The notes: generated by a model not told the origin, from the sequence alone. DNA of 64,000 nucleotides from Richelia sinica FACHB-800 (GCF_014698825.1 NZ_JACJTT010000029.1:3797-67796); one strand, 5' to 3'. Positions 21,171 to 32,142 are shown, counted from the first letter of the stretch. Program-made: numbers and translations.

Positions 21171-22058
21171 ATGGGAATTACACAGAACTACAAATTAAAT
21201 TTAATCCAGTGGTACCCAGGTCACATTGCCAAAGCAGAAAAAAATCTGAAGGAACAACTCAAACGGGTAGATGTGATTTTGGAAGTGCGGGATGCACGTA
21301 TTCCCCTATCTACCCATCATCCCCAAATGAAAGAATGGGTGGGTAATAAAGCTAGGGTACTGGTATTAAACAGAGTTGATATGATTTTGCCTCAAGTGCG
21401 ATCGCTCTGGACAGAATATTTTCAAGCCCAAGGAGAAGTCCCCTACTTTACCAACGCCCAACAAGGTCAAGGTATCACAGCCATCGCCAAAGCCGCCCAA
21501 GCCGCAGGGGTAGAACTCAACCAACGCAGAAAAGAACGAGGAATGTTACCCCGTCCGGTACGCGCTGTAGTGATTGGTTTTCCTAATGTTGGTAAGTCAG
21601 CCCTAATTAACCGTCTGTTGGGGCGACGAGTAGTCGAAAGTGCAGCCCGTCCCGGTGTCACTCGTCAACTACGCTGGGTGAGAATTTCTGACCAATTAGA
21701 ATTACTAGACGCGCCTGGTGTTATCCCTTCCAGACTAGACAATCAAGCTGCGGCAGTCAAATTAGCTATTTGTGATGATATTGGTGAAGCTTCCTATGAT
21801 AATCAACTGATAGCAGGGGCATTCGTAGATATATTGAATGAATTGCAAGAAATTAACCCCCATGCTTTACCAGGCAACCCCTTACTATCTCGCTATGACC
21901 TGGACTCTATTATTCATACCGGGGAAGCATATTTACATCTACTAGCAGAACACCGTTACAAAGGAGATGTAGAAAGGACTGCTAGACAACTGATTACAGA
22001 TTTTCGCAAAGGTTTATTAGGAACGATACCTTTAGAGTTGCCCCCAGCGCATGTATAG
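21171..22058 (+). CDS. rbgA: ribosome biogenesis GTPase A (YlqF/RbgA), circularly permuted GTPase
   Basis: IQWYPGHIAKAEKNLKEQLKRVDVILEVRDARIP...VLNRVD...GFPNVGKSALINRLL gives the permuted G4-G1-G3 order. Confidence 0.88.
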   Translation: MGITQNYKLNLIQWYPGHIAKAEKNLKEQLKRVDVILEVRDARIPLSTHHPQMKEWVGNKARVLVLNRVDMILPQVRSLWTEYFQAQGEVPYFTNAQQGQGITAIAKAAQAAGVELNQRRKERGMLPRPVRAVVIGFPNVGKSALINRLLGRRVVESAARPGVTRQLRWVRISDQLELLDAPGVIPSRLDNQAAAVKLAICDDIGEASYDNQLIAGAFVDILNELQEINPHALPGNPLLSRYDLDSIIHTGEAYLHLLAEHRYKGDVERTARQLITDFRKGLLGTIPLELPPAHV

Positions 22059-22060
22059 CA

Positions 22061-22089
22061 GGTGACAGGTGACAGGGGACAGGTGACAG
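22061..22089. repeat. STRR heptamer repeat (GGTGACA)x4, one degenerate
   Basis: ggtgacaggtgacaggggacaggtgacag immediately after the rbgA stop. Confidence 0.85.
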
Positions 22090-22506
22090 TGCTAAAAGGC
22101 TTTTATTGTCTACGTTTTATCTGTTGGGAATGTTCTAACTCCCTTGTCTATAGCTATATAGCAGGAATTTTAGTCTGGATTGAAAAGTTTCGAGCCAAAA
22201 TATTAGACATCTCCATGTTTTTGTCTTGGGGCAGTCGCCCCTAATTAATAATACCAGCAACACACTAGACCTCTTGCATAAATAATTTTTTGTCTCACGC
22301 AAAGGCAAGGCAGCGCGTTGGGCAGGTTTCCCGACTTGTTCGCCGTCTCCGATAGGAGAAGTGAATGCAGTGCAAAGACAAAGAAGAAGCCAAAAAAAGG
22401 ACTTTTGCAAGAGGTTGAATCTACAAATAGAAATTGTCAGATAAACCAACATTGCGTAATTTATACGCCTTATTTGTCATGGTTCATCTTGAACCTTAAA
22501 TTGGTT

Positions 22507-23088
22507 TTACTTACCTAAATTACGCTTCATTTGTTCTAGTTCATCTTCTGTTTCCCAACGGCGAAACTTCTCTTCTAAATCATCACCCTTACTAGAGTAA
22601 CTATTGACAGGATTTCGCCAAGCATTGGTTTCTAAACGCTGCTGACTTTGGGACTGGGTTCGTGCTGTTTGGGCTGCGGTGGCTTTGGCTTGGACTTCTT
22701 GACGACGTTCTTGAATTTTCCGCAATAATTCTTCTGATTGGGTAATGCGTTCCTTTAAGCCCTGCATATGCCCCCATTTTTGACTTCCTTCTCGGAGTAA
22801 GGCTGCTTCCCGTTGTTGGGCTGGCACAACCAAATCTTCTCTACCAGCAGCTTGGGCTTTTTGGATGCGGATATGCCAACGTTGAATTTCTTGGGCAGTA
22901 TCGAGAATTTCTTCTTGCGATCGCTTCTCCTGTAATTTTAAATCTGCAATCAGCTTTATGGTATCCTCTTCCTGTTCCCGTAATTGCTCCAGCAGCATTT
23001 CTAACTCTAAATGAGGATTGTTCCGGAGAAATTCTTCTAAGCGATTTTCTAAAAAGCGACTAAAATCATCAAATAAGCCCACTGCCAA
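22507..23088 (-). CDS. hypothetical coiled-coil protein (charged, Glu/Arg/Gln-rich)
   Basis: 193 aa, heptad-like EELRK/QEE pattern throughout; no catalytic motifs. Confidence 0.45.
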   Translation of the reverse strand: MAVGLFDDFSRFLENRLEEFLRNNPHLELEMLLEQLREQEEDTIKLIADLKLQEKRSQEEILDTAQEIQRWHIRIQKAQAAGREDLVVPAQQREAALLREGSQKWGHMQGLKERITQSEELLRKIQERRQEVQAKATAAQTARTQSQSQQRLETNAWRNPVNSYSSKGDDLEEKFRRWETEDELEQMKRNLGK

Positions 23089-23222
23089 AACTCCAAAAGT
23101 TGGGTATGTGACAATTTTATTGTAATCATTCGACCAGTCAGAAAATTAAATCTTCGTAGTTTTCAACCATTGTTGAGGCATAGCCACAGAACACCACCTG
23201 ATTCATGATCAAACAAGTGTAT

Positions 23223-23768
23223 TCAGTTGCGACGATTTTGCCAGTACCACTCGTACCACTGTTTCGCACTGCGGACAGCAAACCACAGCAAGCATAAAGC
23301 AATCAGTCCCCCTTGACGAGGGGCATCAACGGCAAAAAATACCAAAGCAATGCAAAGGATATCTTGTAATAATACTGCCCACAGAGGCAACCCCCGGAGG
23401 CGATAAAACCAGCCTACCAGGACTAACTGAAGTACCAATGCCAATAAACCACCAATAAAAGCAATTAGCCAGGCTGGTGTTGCCGTTGCTGTAGCCACAG
23501 CTAACCCCATAATTGCCCCAGCTAATGGTGATAAAAATAATTCAACTTGCTGTACTATTCTTTGTCCAAGGAGCTTTTTGGACGCAAATAACTCAAATAA
23601 TGACCAACTTGTCAGTAAACCGATTAAAACATGGGGAGAAATATGTGATAAAATCGGCACCTGTGACCACAGTTGTTGCCCCTGCATAATTCCAATAATC
23701 AGCAAGGGTACACCGACTCTCATTCCCGCTGCGGCACTGGCAGAAAGTGTGGCGAGGATTTCAATCAT
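23223..23768 (-). CDS. DUF4126-family integral membrane protein
   Basis: 181 aa, four to five TM helices; N-terminal AAGMRVGVPLLIIGIM and overall pattern resemble DUF4126. Confidence 0.5.
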   Translation of the reverse strand: MIEILATLSASAAAGMRVGVPLLIIGIMQGQQLWSQVPILSHISPHVLIGLLTSWSLFELFASKKLLGQRIVQQVELFLSPLAGAIMGLAVATATATPAWLIAFIGGLLALVLQLVLVGWFYRLRGLPLWAVLLQDILCIALVFFAVDAPRQGGLIALCLLWFAVRSAKQWYEWYWQNRRN

Positions 23769-24433
23769 GAAAATATCTCAGGAATGACTAGATGAATAAA
23801 CAAACTTGGTCAAAGGCATTTTTATGTGAGAATGGCTGCTCACAAAAATGTAAATGCAACGCTGAATCCATAGTCAATTTTAGGTATCTATTCTGATATA
23901 TACACAGTTTTAAACCATAAGCCACGTATTTGGGTAGGTGTAACACACGTAATTTATTACTAAATGGTTATAAAAGTGCCGATTAAAGAATGTATTACTC
24001 CCATGATAGGATACCCACTTTGGTCATCAGTCGCACACAAACAGCCAAAACATCATATTTTCACTTGAATATTTGCTAACTGCCTAAATTGTTAATGGCT
24101 ATGCAGAACCAAACTTGCTCAGATTGGTAATTTATGAGGACAGATAAATCCAACTCTGAGAAAAAAGGAAATTATAGTCTACCCGTTCCCCCCTTACCTC
24201 TTTTAGTGGATAATTAACACTCTTGTGGAAGTCAGGAGAGTTTTAGCGTAGTGAGTTCACTATGTATGGTTAACTCAGACGACCATACAAACAGGAGTGT
24301 TTCACCTCTCGTCTATCTTGATAAAATTTGACTGTTAGCTTTTGCCAACGCTAGCTAAAATGGCTGACGTTAACTAAGCCCAACTTAAGATTAAAGACCG
24401 TAACTTTAAGTACAACAGGGATACTTCAAAATA

Positions 24434-25471
24434 ATGGTTCAAGAACGCACATTACCCACATTTAATGCGGCCACCGTCAAGATTACCAAAGAAGAAGGGT
24501 TGCGGTTATATGAAGATATGACATTAGGGCGTTTTTTTGAAGATAAATGCGCCGAAATGTATTATAGAGGAAAAATGTTTGGCTTCGTTCACCTTTACAA
24601 CGGTCAGGAAGCTGTTTCCACCGGTATCATTCAAGGGGCAATGCGACCTGGTGAAGACTATGTTTCCAGCACCTACCGTGACCACGTTCATGCTTTGAGT
24701 GCAGGTGTGCCAGCTAGAGAGGTAATGGCAGAATTATTTGGTAAAGCCACAGGTTGCAGCAAAGGACGCGGTGGTTCAATGCACATGTTTTCTGCTGAAC
24801 ATCGCTTACTCGGTGGCTATGCCTTTGTGGCTGAAGGTATTCCTGTGGCTTCTGGTGCAGCTTTCCAAAGCAAATATCGCCGAGAAGTATTAGGAGATGA
24901 AAGTGCTGACCAAGTAACCGCTTGTTTCTTTGGTGATGGTGCAGCTAACAACGGTCAATTTTTCGAGACCTTAAATATGGCAGCCCTCTGGAAACTGCCG
25001 ATTATTTTTGTGGTAGAAAACAATAAGTGGGCGATTGGTATGGCCCATGAAAGAGCTACTTCCCAACCAGAAATCTACAAAAAAGCCAGTGTGTTTAACA
25101 TGGTTGGCGTAGAAGTAGATGGCATGGATGTATTAGCTGTACGGGAAGTAGCACAAGCAGCGGTAGCCCGTGCCCGTGCAGGAGAAGGGCCAACCCTGAT
25201 AGAAGCCCTAACTTATCGTTTCCGGGGCCACTCCCTCGCAGACCCAGATGAACTGCGTAGCAAGGATGAAAAAGACTTCTGGTTTGCCCGTGACCCAATT
25301 AAGAAGTTAGCAGCTTATTTGCTGGAACATGACCTGGCAACAGAAGCTGAACTTAAAGCTATTGAGAAGAAAATTCAAGGAGTCGTTGAAGACGCTGTGA
25401 AATTTGCCGAAAGCAGCCCTGAACCCGACTCCAGTGAGTTATATCGCTTCATCTTTGCGGAAGACGAATAA
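24434..25471 (+). CDS. pdhA: pyruvate dehydrogenase E1 component alpha subunit
   Basis: TPP-binding region [36 protein letters not shown] and [15 protein letters not shown] motif. Confidence 0.92.
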   Translation: MVQERTLPTFNAATVKITKEEGLRLYEDMTLGRFFEDKCAEMYYRGKMFGFVHLYNGQEAVSTGIIQGAMRPGEDYVSSTYRDHVHALSAGVPAREVMAELFGKATGCSKGRGGSMHMFSAEHRLLGGYAFVAEGIPVASGAAFQSKYRREVLGDESADQVTACFFGDGAANNGQFFETLNMAALWKLPIIFVVENNKWAIGMAHERATSQPEIYKKASVFNMVGVEVDGMDVLAVREVAQAAVARARAGEGPTLIEALTYRFRGHSLADPDELRSKDEKDFWFARDPIKKLAAYLLEHDLATEAELKAIEKKIQGVVEDAVKFAESSPEPDSSELYRFIFAEDE

Positions 25472-25484
25472 ATTCGGTAATTAG

Positions 25485-25552
25485 GTAATGGGTAATGGGT
25501 AACTAGATTAACTTCCAATTGCCAATTACCAATTACCAAACACCAATCATTA
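25485..25552. repeat. STRR heptamer repeats (GGTAATG)x2 and (CCAATTA)x3 in inverted arrangement
   Basis: taattaggtaatgggtaatgggtaac ... ccaattgccaattaccaattaccaaacaccaatcattac after pdhA. Confidence 0.8.
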
Positions 25553-25567
25553 CTTACTAACTTACTT

Positions 25568-26437
25568 ATGTTTACTATCGCCCTAGCAGCACAACAATAC
25601 CAGACTTATATCCTCACCGATACGGAAGCTAATTCCCAAATAGAAGTTGTACCAGAAAGGGGCGGTATTATTACCCGTTGGCGTATCCAAGGGCAAGAAA
25701 TTCTGTATTTAGATACTGAACGCTTCGCTCACCCAGATTTAAGCATTAGAGGGGGAGTGCCAATTTTATTTCCCATCTGCGGTAACTTGCCAGATAATGT
25801 TTATACCCACAACTGTAAAGAATATACCCTCAAACAACATGGTTTTGGTCGTGATTTACCTTGGCAAGTAACTGAGCAAGTAACCCAGAATCAAGCTAGT
25901 ATTACAGTAGTCTTACAAAGTAACGACATAACCAGGGCTGTTTATCCCTTCGAGTTTAAGCTGACTTTTACTTATATCCTCCAAGGCAATTCCCTGGTCA
26001 TTAACCAGCATTATCAAAATCTGTCGTCTACACCCCTACCATTTTCGGCTGGGTTTCATCCCTATTTTCAATGTGGTGATAAATCTCAGCTAGAGTTTGC
26101 CATTCCCTCTGGCCAATATCTAGACCAAAAAACCAAGGAAATTCACGCCTTTAACGGTCAATTTGATTTTAGCCGGGAAGAAATCGATTTTGCCTTTGGG
26201 CATTTGCGGAGTCAGTCAGCGGCTGTGACAGATCATGACCGCAAGCTAAAACTGACCCTTGATTATGATGATATCTATGCTATGCTTGTTTTCTGGACGC
26301 TCAAGGGCAAGGATTTCTACTGCCTAGAACCTTGGACGGCCGGACGCAACGCCTTAAACTCTGGTGAAAACCTGACAGTTTTAGCACCTGGGGCTAGCAA
26401 AACTGCTTCTGTGAAATTAGTGGCAAATTTTTTCTAG
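25568..26437 (+). CDS. aldose 1-epimerase (galactose mutarotase-like) family protein
   Basis: 289 aa; GGVPILFPICGNL and FHPYF blocks typical of the aldose-epimerase superfamily. Confidence 0.75.
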   Translation: MFTIALAAQQYQTYILTDTEANSQIEVVPERGGIITRWRIQGQEILYLDTERFAHPDLSIRGGVPILFPICGNLPDNVYTHNCKEYTLKQHGFGRDLPWQVTEQVTQNQASITVVLQSNDITRAVYPFEFKLTFTYILQGNSLVINQHYQNLSSTPLPFSAGFHPYFQCGDKSQLEFAIPSGQYLDQKTKEIHAFNGQFDFSREEIDFAFGHLRSQSAAVTDHDRKLKLTLDYDDIYAMLVFWTLKGKDFYCLEPWTAGRNALNSGENLTVLAPGASKTASVKLVANFF

Positions 26438-26497
26438 AAACCCCTTTACAAATCCCTGGATGTTAGTGCTATAATAGGAAAGTTGCGAAACGCAAAA

Positions 26498-26569
26498 GGG
26501 TCGCTAACTCAACGGTAGAGTACTCGGCTTTTAACCGATTAGTTCCGGGTTCGAATCCCGGGCGACCCA
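26498..26569 (+). tRNA. tRNA-Lys (anticodon UUU)
   Basis: Cloverleaf folded by hand: acceptor GGGTCGC/GCGACCC, D-arm ACTC-AACGGTA-GAGT, anticodon loop CTTTTAA, T-arm CCGGG-TTCGAAT-CCCGG, discriminator A, no encoded CCA. Close to E. coli tRNA-Lys. Confidence 0.85.
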
Positions 26570-26717
26570 TAAAAACCGGATAAGCTGCCAATTAAAGAGG
26601 ATATCTTGGCTGCTGCTAGGCAAAGGCAAAAGTGAATTAATCAAAGCCAGTTCAATGCACCTTATTTACAGGTGTTTTTTAGTTTTTGCGAAATCTGACT
26701 TTATTGAAAGTTTTGTC

Positions 26718-27893
26718 ATGGAAAAAACAGGCGACAGGCGTGTATCTTTGGGGTTGTTAGGTGCGGCTACCTTTATGGTAATTGCCGATGTCCGCGTGAT
26801 TGACCCTTTATTACATATTATTGCCAAGGAGTTTGGGGTTGGTGTTGGAAGTGCAGCCGTGATTGTTTCTGCTTACACCATTCCCTATGGACTATTTCAA
26901 TTATTTTATGGGCCATTGGGCGATCGCATCGGCAAATTAAAGGTCATTACTATTGCCCTCACAGCTTTTGCTGTAGGCACTGCTGCCTGTGCATTTGTTT
27001 CTGATTTAGTCTTATTAACTATTCTCAGGTTTTTGACGGGGATGTTTGCGGCGGGTATTATCCCCATTACCTTGGCATATATTGGCGATAATTTCCCCTA
27101 TTCTGAACGTCAAGCTGCCATTGGTAAATATTTGAGTGCAATGGTGCTGGGTCAAATTCTCGGTGGTAGTTTAGGTGGTATTTTTGGTGAATATGTTAGT
27201 TGGCGACAAATATTTCTGTTGTTTGGTATTGCTTCTTTAATTATTGCTGGATTTTTTTGGCGTAAAATTCATGGTATCTCCGTTAATCAACCACAGCAAA
27301 ATACAGGCTGGCTAAAGTTTAAACCCTATTACCAACTTCTTACCCAACCGCAAGCTAGGACGGTCATGATTGGGGTATTTATCGAAGGTTTTTGGCTATT
27401 TGGGGCTTTTGCCTATACTGGTGCTTTCTTGCGCGATCGCTTTAGTTTACCCTATGTTGCCATTGGTTTTATGCTCAGTAGCTTTGGTGTGGGTGGTTTG
27501 ATTTATAGTCGCGCGGTGAAGTGGTTGGTGCGGAGATTTGGTGAGAATGGCTTAATTGCTGTGGGTGGATGTTTGATGTCTGTGGCTTATATAGCGATCG
27601 CATTATCCCATCACTGGCAGCTATTTGTCCCCATGAATATCCTCATGGGATTGGGATTTTATATGATGCATAGTACACTGCAAACCCGGGCCACAGAACT
27701 AGCACCAGAGTCACGGGGGACTGCGGTATCCCTCTTTGCCTTTAATTTATTTATTGGTCAAGGGATAGGTGCAGCCTTTTTAGGTAGGGTAGTAGATAAC
27801 TTTAGCTACGTTCCTGGGTTTATGATTACAGGTATAGCGATCGCTTTTTTAGCAATTTGGCTAGTGCAAACAGGTAGAAACATATCATCCTGA
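26718..27893 (+). CDS. MFS transporter
   Basis: 12 predicted TM helices; GPLGDRIGK motif in loop 2-3. Start placed at internal Met (MEKTGDRRVSLG...) rather than the ORF-track 26655. Confidence 0.8.
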   Translation: MEKTGDRRVSLGLLGAATFMVIADVRVIDPLLHIIAKEFGVGVGSAAVIVSAYTIPYGLFQLFYGPLGDRIGKLKVITIALTAFAVGTAACAFVSDLVLLTILRFLTGMFAAGIIPITLAYIGDNFPYSERQAAIGKYLSAMVLGQILGGSLGGIFGEYVSWRQIFLLFGIASLIIAGFFWRKIHGISVNQPQQNTGWLKFKPYYQLLTQPQARTVMIGVFIEGFWLFGAFAYTGAFLRDRFSLPYVAIGFMLSSFGVGGLIYSRAVKWLVRRFGENGLIAVGGCLMSVAYIAIALSHHWQLFVPMNILMGLGFYMMHSTLQTRATELAPESRGTAVSLFAFNLFIGQGIGAAFLGRVVDNFSYVPGFMITGIAIAFLAIWLVQTGRNISS

Positions 27894-27912
27894 GCAAAAT
27901 CTTCACAACTCT

Positions 27913-28713
27913 ATGCCCCATGTACAAATCAATGATATTGACCTTTTTTACGACATTAAAGGTACAGGGAAACCCTTAGTTTTAATTTCCGGTTTTCTTT
28001 GTGACCACACCTATTGGTCAATACTCATGTCACATCTGACCAAAAATTACCAAGTCATTCGTGTGGATAATCGTGGTATGGGTCGTAGTTCCGCTATAGA
28101 TAAGCCATACAATATCTTACACATGGCTGATGATATTGCTGCCTTACTAAGAAAACTAGGCATCAATCAAGCCCAGATTATTGGTCATTCCATGGGTGGA
28201 CAAATTGCTCAAGAACTAGCATTAGCATATCCAGAAATAGTAGAAAAATTAATCCTGATTTCCACATGGGCAAAACCTGATTTCCGCTTATGTAGCATTA
28301 TTTCCACCTGGAGTGAATTAGCTGGAAAAATAGATTTAGCACTTTATCAAAAAACCATTTTACCTTGGATTTATACCGAAGAATTCTATAATATTCCCGA
28401 TATGATTGATATGCTCATTAATATGGCAGTCAATTATAATTTTCCACCACTACCACAAACTATATGGCATCATAGCCAAGCTATTATAGCCAGTAATACC
28501 TTCGACCGCCTCAAATATATAGATTGTCCCACTCAGATTATAGTTGGACAAGAAGATATTCTCACTCCTGTGAAGTTTGCCTATGAATTGAGTCAGAATA
28601 TCGCCAATGGGGAACTAGTAATTTTAGAAAAATGTGGTCATGGAATAGTAATTGAATCACCAGAAATATTAGCCTCTACTATTAGTAAATTTCTCAATTC
28701 GCTGGAGAAGTAG
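27913..28713 (+). CDS. alpha/beta-hydrolase fold protein (MenH/BioH-like esterase/lyase)
   Basis: PLVLISGF...GHSMGGQIAQELA gives the nucleophile elbow GHSMGG; C-terminal ILEKCGHG holds the catalytic His. Confidence 0.75.
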   Translation: MPHVQINDIDLFYDIKGTGKPLVLISGFLCDHTYWSILMSHLTKNYQVIRVDNRGMGRSSAIDKPYNILHMADDIAALLRKLGINQAQIIGHSMGGQIAQELALAYPEIVEKLILISTWAKPDFRLCSIISTWSELAGKIDLALYQKTILPWIYTEEFYNIPDMIDMLINMAVNYNFPPLPQTIWHHSQAIIASNTFDRLKYIDCPTQIIVGQEDILTPVKFAYELSQNIANGELVILEKCGHGIVIESPEILASTISKFLNSLEK

Positions 28714-28837
28714 CATATATTTTTAATACAATTCAACAACCTGGAAATGTAATTATCAATATTCAAACTCTGCGCTTGTAAAAGTCTTGCTTGACATTAG
28801 ACATCTTGCAAAAGTCACCGGAGCGTGGGAAAAGTAG

Positions 28838-29104
28838 GTGAGAACTGTGTTGACATCTATGAGCTACGAAAAGGTAAAGAAGCTAAGACCGGAAGAATTC
28901 AAACGCTTATGTGGTGTGCATCCGGAGACTTTTAGTCAGATGACGGAGGTAGTGCGAGCGCGTTCAAAAACAAAGGTGAAAACAGGGCGGCCTGGGAAAC
29001 TGAGGATAGAAGACCAGTTATTAATGGCATTGGAATATTGGCGGGAATATCGCACATATTTTCATAGCGTGAAACAAAAAATATGCAAAATGTCAATTGA
29101 CTAA
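28838..29104 (+). pseudogene. N-terminal fragment of an IS5/IS4-superfamily transposase (DUF4096-type HTH OrfA); no DDE domain follows
   Basis: GRPGKLRIEDQLLMALEYWREYRTYFH is the conserved OrfA motif of IS5-family (IS1031/IS427 group) elements. The ORF ends after 88 aa; no downstream OrfB or terminal inverted repeats identified. Confidence 0.55.
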
Positions 29105-29237
29105 TCACAAAAAATGTAAGCCTATAGTCAATATCTAAATTTAGCAATTTCTATGTAGTGTTGTCGCGTAGCGCAACGCACCGCCAAAAATTGCCAATGC
29201 GTAGCCTCCAGCATAGACTACGAAATAATTTATTTTT

Positions 29238-29432
29238 TCATATAAATTGAATGTTGTGACATTGCTGTTCGAGATTAACTATAGCAATTTCCACAGCTTG
29301 TGAGTTAACTTGACTAATGGGTGCTGGTTGCATATCTCGATAATCAAGAATTTGCACAATAATCAAGTAAGCTATAGCCAGCAATATAGAAATTGCCCCT
29401 GTAATAATTGCCACTATTTTAGAACGATTCAT
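29238..29432 (-). CDS. hypothetical small membrane protein (single TM)
   Basis: MNRSKIVAIITGAISILLAIAYLIIVQIL: one TM helix; 64 aa; support is the ORF only. Confidence 0.25.
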   Translation of the reverse strand: MNRSKIVAIITGAISILLAIAYLIIVQILDYRDMQPAPISQVNSQAVEIAIVNLEQQCHNIQFI

Positions 29433-29545
29433 AACTATTGCCTAGAAAAGAATTGATGGTGTTCTTTATTTTAGAATAAACTGAAATTTGCCATAAATTT
29501 AGCATCAGTCTTTCTATAATTTTCCTGACTCACCAAAGCTAACCT

Positions 29546-31084
29546 ATGTCTCTGACCGAAGAAGTGCTTTCCCAACTACCAGGCAATGTTTTAGAGGGTT
29601 TACGTCGTGCTGACAGTATACTCGCATCATTGAGGAATGGTAACACACCTGTACCTCAAGTAGTGACAGAAAATCAAAATCATTTAGATGCTGTGGAATG
29701 GGATGTCATTATCTGTGGTGGAACCTTGGGTATTTTAATTGGTTGTGCCTTAGCAGTGCAAGGGTTCAAGGTTGCCTTACTAGAAAGAGGAATTTTACGA
29801 GGTAGGGAACAGGAGTGGAATATTTCCCGTAAAGAATTAGCTGTATTGAGAGAATTAGATTTACTTACAGACGAAGAATTAGCCACATCCATAGTTACAG
29901 AATATAATCCTGCACGAGTCAGCTTTCAAGGTGGTACAGAAGTTTGGGTGGAAGATGTTTTAAATATTGGTGTAGATCCAGGTTATTTGTTAGAAACATT
30001 AAAACAAAAATTTCTGAAACTTGGAGGCAATTTATTTGAAAATACACCTTTTATTGATGTAATTGTACATCCTAATGGTGTGAAAATAAATCAGCAATTC
30101 ACCGCTAGATTATTACTAGATGCCATGGGCCATTTTTCACCCATTACTCAACAAGCCCGTCAAGGTAAAAAACCGGATGCCCTGTGTTTAGTCGTTGGTA
30201 GTTGTGCTCAAGGCTTTTCTGAGAATACAACTGGTGATTTATTATTATCTTTTACAAATTTGCAAAATCAATGTCAATATTTTTGGGAAGCATTTCCTGC
30301 CAAAGATGGGAGAACAACTTATTTATTTACCTACTTAGATGCAGAACCTCAAAGATTAACTTTAGAAAATTTATTTGATGAATATTTGCGACTTTTACCA
30401 GAATATCAAGATATCAAAATCAACCAGTTAAAATTTCAACGAGCATTATTTGGTTTTTTTCCTACCTATCGTCAAAGTCCTTTACAAACACCTTGGAATC
30501 GCATTTTACCCATTGGAGATAGTAGCGGTAGTCAGTCACCTTTAAGCTTTGGTGGGTTTGGGGCAATGATACGACATTTACGACGCTTAACCATTGGTAT
30601 TACAGAGGCTTTGCAAACTCAACAACTATCTGCCCAAGCTTTGGCTTTACTTCAACCTTATCAACCTAGCTTAAGTGTAACCTGGTTGTTTCAAAAAGCT
30701 ATGAGTGTGAAATTAAATCAAACAATTCCACCCACCCAAATTAATCACTTACTTTCCGTAGTTTTTGCCCAAATGGAAAAACTAGGTACTCCTGTTCTCA
30801 AACCTTTTTTACAAGATATCGTCCAGTTTCCTGCTTTAACTCAAACTTTATTAAAAACTGGTCTGTCTCATCCTCTTGTAGTTGCTAATATTCTTCCCCA
30901 AGTAGGATTATTTAACCTATTTGATTGGTTATTACATTATAGTAATTTAGGAATTTATGCTGCTTTATTTTCTCTCAGCCCAATTTTAGAACCCTTCATT
31001 AAGAGTTTGTCACCAACACAGCAATATTATTGGCATCGATGGCTAGATGCTTGGAAATTTGGTTCTGGAAGTGATTACGAATAA
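29546..31084 (+). CDS. FAD-dependent oxidoreductase, CruA/CruP-like (lycopene cyclase family) candidate
   Basis: Rossmann dinucleotide motif DVIICGGTLGILIGCALAVQGFKVALLER; 512 aa with long helical C-terminal extension. Family assignment from overall architecture only. Confidence 0.45.
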   Translation: MSLTEEVLSQLPGNVLEGLRRADSILASLRNGNTPVPQVVTENQNHLDAVEWDVIICGGTLGILIGCALAVQGFKVALLERGILRGREQEWNISRKELAVLRELDLLTDEELATSIVTEYNPARVSFQGGTEVWVEDVLNIGVDPGYLLETLKQKFLKLGGNLFENTPFIDVIVHPNGVKINQQFTARLLLDAMGHFSPITQQARQGKKPDALCLVVGSCAQGFSENTTGDLLLSFTNLQNQCQYFWEAFPAKDGRTTYLFTYLDAEPQRLTLENLFDEYLRLLPEYQDIKINQLKFQRALFGFFPTYRQSPLQTPWNRILPIGDSSGSQSPLSFGGFGAMIRHLRRLTIGITEALQTQQLSAQALALLQPYQPSLSVTWLFQKAMSVKLNQTIPPTQINHLLSVVFAQMEKLGTPVLKPFLQDIVQFPALTQTLLKTGLSHPLVVANILPQVGLFNLFDWLLHYSNLGIYAALFSLSPILEPFIKSLSPTQQYYWHRWLDAWKFGSGSDYE

Positions 31085-32022
31085 CTGATATTTCTATTTT
31101 TCCAATCTAAAAATTTCAACTGTTGATATAAACAGGTGATTTGCGGTAAATTGACACCTAAAGATTGTGCTGTTCTGAGAGGATTACCAAAAATCGCCTC
31201 TATTTCTAAGGGACGACGTTCATCATAATCAATTTTCATACTGGTGCGATATGGTGTCATTTTATTTGTGTAATCCAACATGGTAGGGATAAAGTTGTCG
31301 GGAATATTCCGTCCTGTACTTTTTGCCCCTGCAACCACTTCATACATTAAATTTTCCACAAGTTTATATGTATATTCATCTGCCATTAATTCATCGGTTC
31401 TGGCATTAAGAATGACAGATAAGCCATTGTAGGGAATATTCCAAACTAGCTTTTTCCAGCGTGCTAGCAATAAATCTGTTGTCAGTTCTATTTCAATACC
31501 CGCATTTTCAAAATCTAGGGCAATTTGCCGTATTTTGTCACCAATACCTGTAATCTGATAGTTAGAACTATACTCACCTAAAATAATTCTTCCATAATCA
31601 ACATGGTGAATATGTCCAGGTGCAATTTTGTTGGCACAAAGAAAGCATAATCCACCGATAACCTGAACATGACTAACAATTTTTGCGACTTCCGCTTCTA
31701 TACCCAGTCCATTCTGCAATACTAAAACTACTCCATTATCTTTGACTACGGATGGTAGCAACTGGGGTAAGAGATGGTTTTGGGTTGTTTTCAAGCTTAA
31801 TACCACTACATCACAGCGTGGCATTTCTTCAACATTTTGATAAGCGTTAACTTGAGGTAGGGTAAAGTCACCGTCTTTAGATTCAACAATTAAACCATTG
31901 TGACTAACTTGCTGGTAATCACTACGGAGTAAAAAGTGAACTGTATAACCCGCTTTTTGGAGTTTAGCACCGTAAAACCCTCCTAAAGCACCAGTTCCCA
32001 GTATTGCGTATGTGCAACCCAT
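31075..32022 (-). CDS. panE: 2-dehydropantoate 2-reductase (ketopantoate reductase)
   Basis: N-terminal ILGTGALGGFYGAKLQKAGYTVHFLLR NAD(P)-binding motif and ApbA C-terminal domain; 315 aa. Confidence 0.8.
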   Translation of the reverse strand: MGCTYAILGTGALGGFYGAKLQKAGYTVHFLLRSDYQQVSHNGLIVESKDGDFTLPQVNAYQNVEEMPRCDVVVLSLKTTQNHLLPQLLPSVVKDNGVVLVLQNGLGIEAEVAKIVSHVQVIGGLCFLCANKIAPGHIHHVDYGRIILGEYSSNYQITGIGDKIRQIALDFENAGIEIELTTDLLLARWKKLVWNIPYNGLSVILNARTDELMADEYTYKLVENLMYEVVAGAKSTGRNIPDNFIPTMLDYTNKMTPYRTSMKIDYDERRPLEIEAIFGNPLRTAQSLGVNLPQITCLYQQLKFLDWKNRNISYS

Positions 32023-32142
32023 GTCATCTATAGATAAATCTTAGGAAAATCATAAGGGGATATTTTAGCAATATTTTCATTAATAAAAGTTAAACATGAT
32101 TTACTATGCTTTAGAATCTCTGGCAGCGATGAGGTAAATTCA

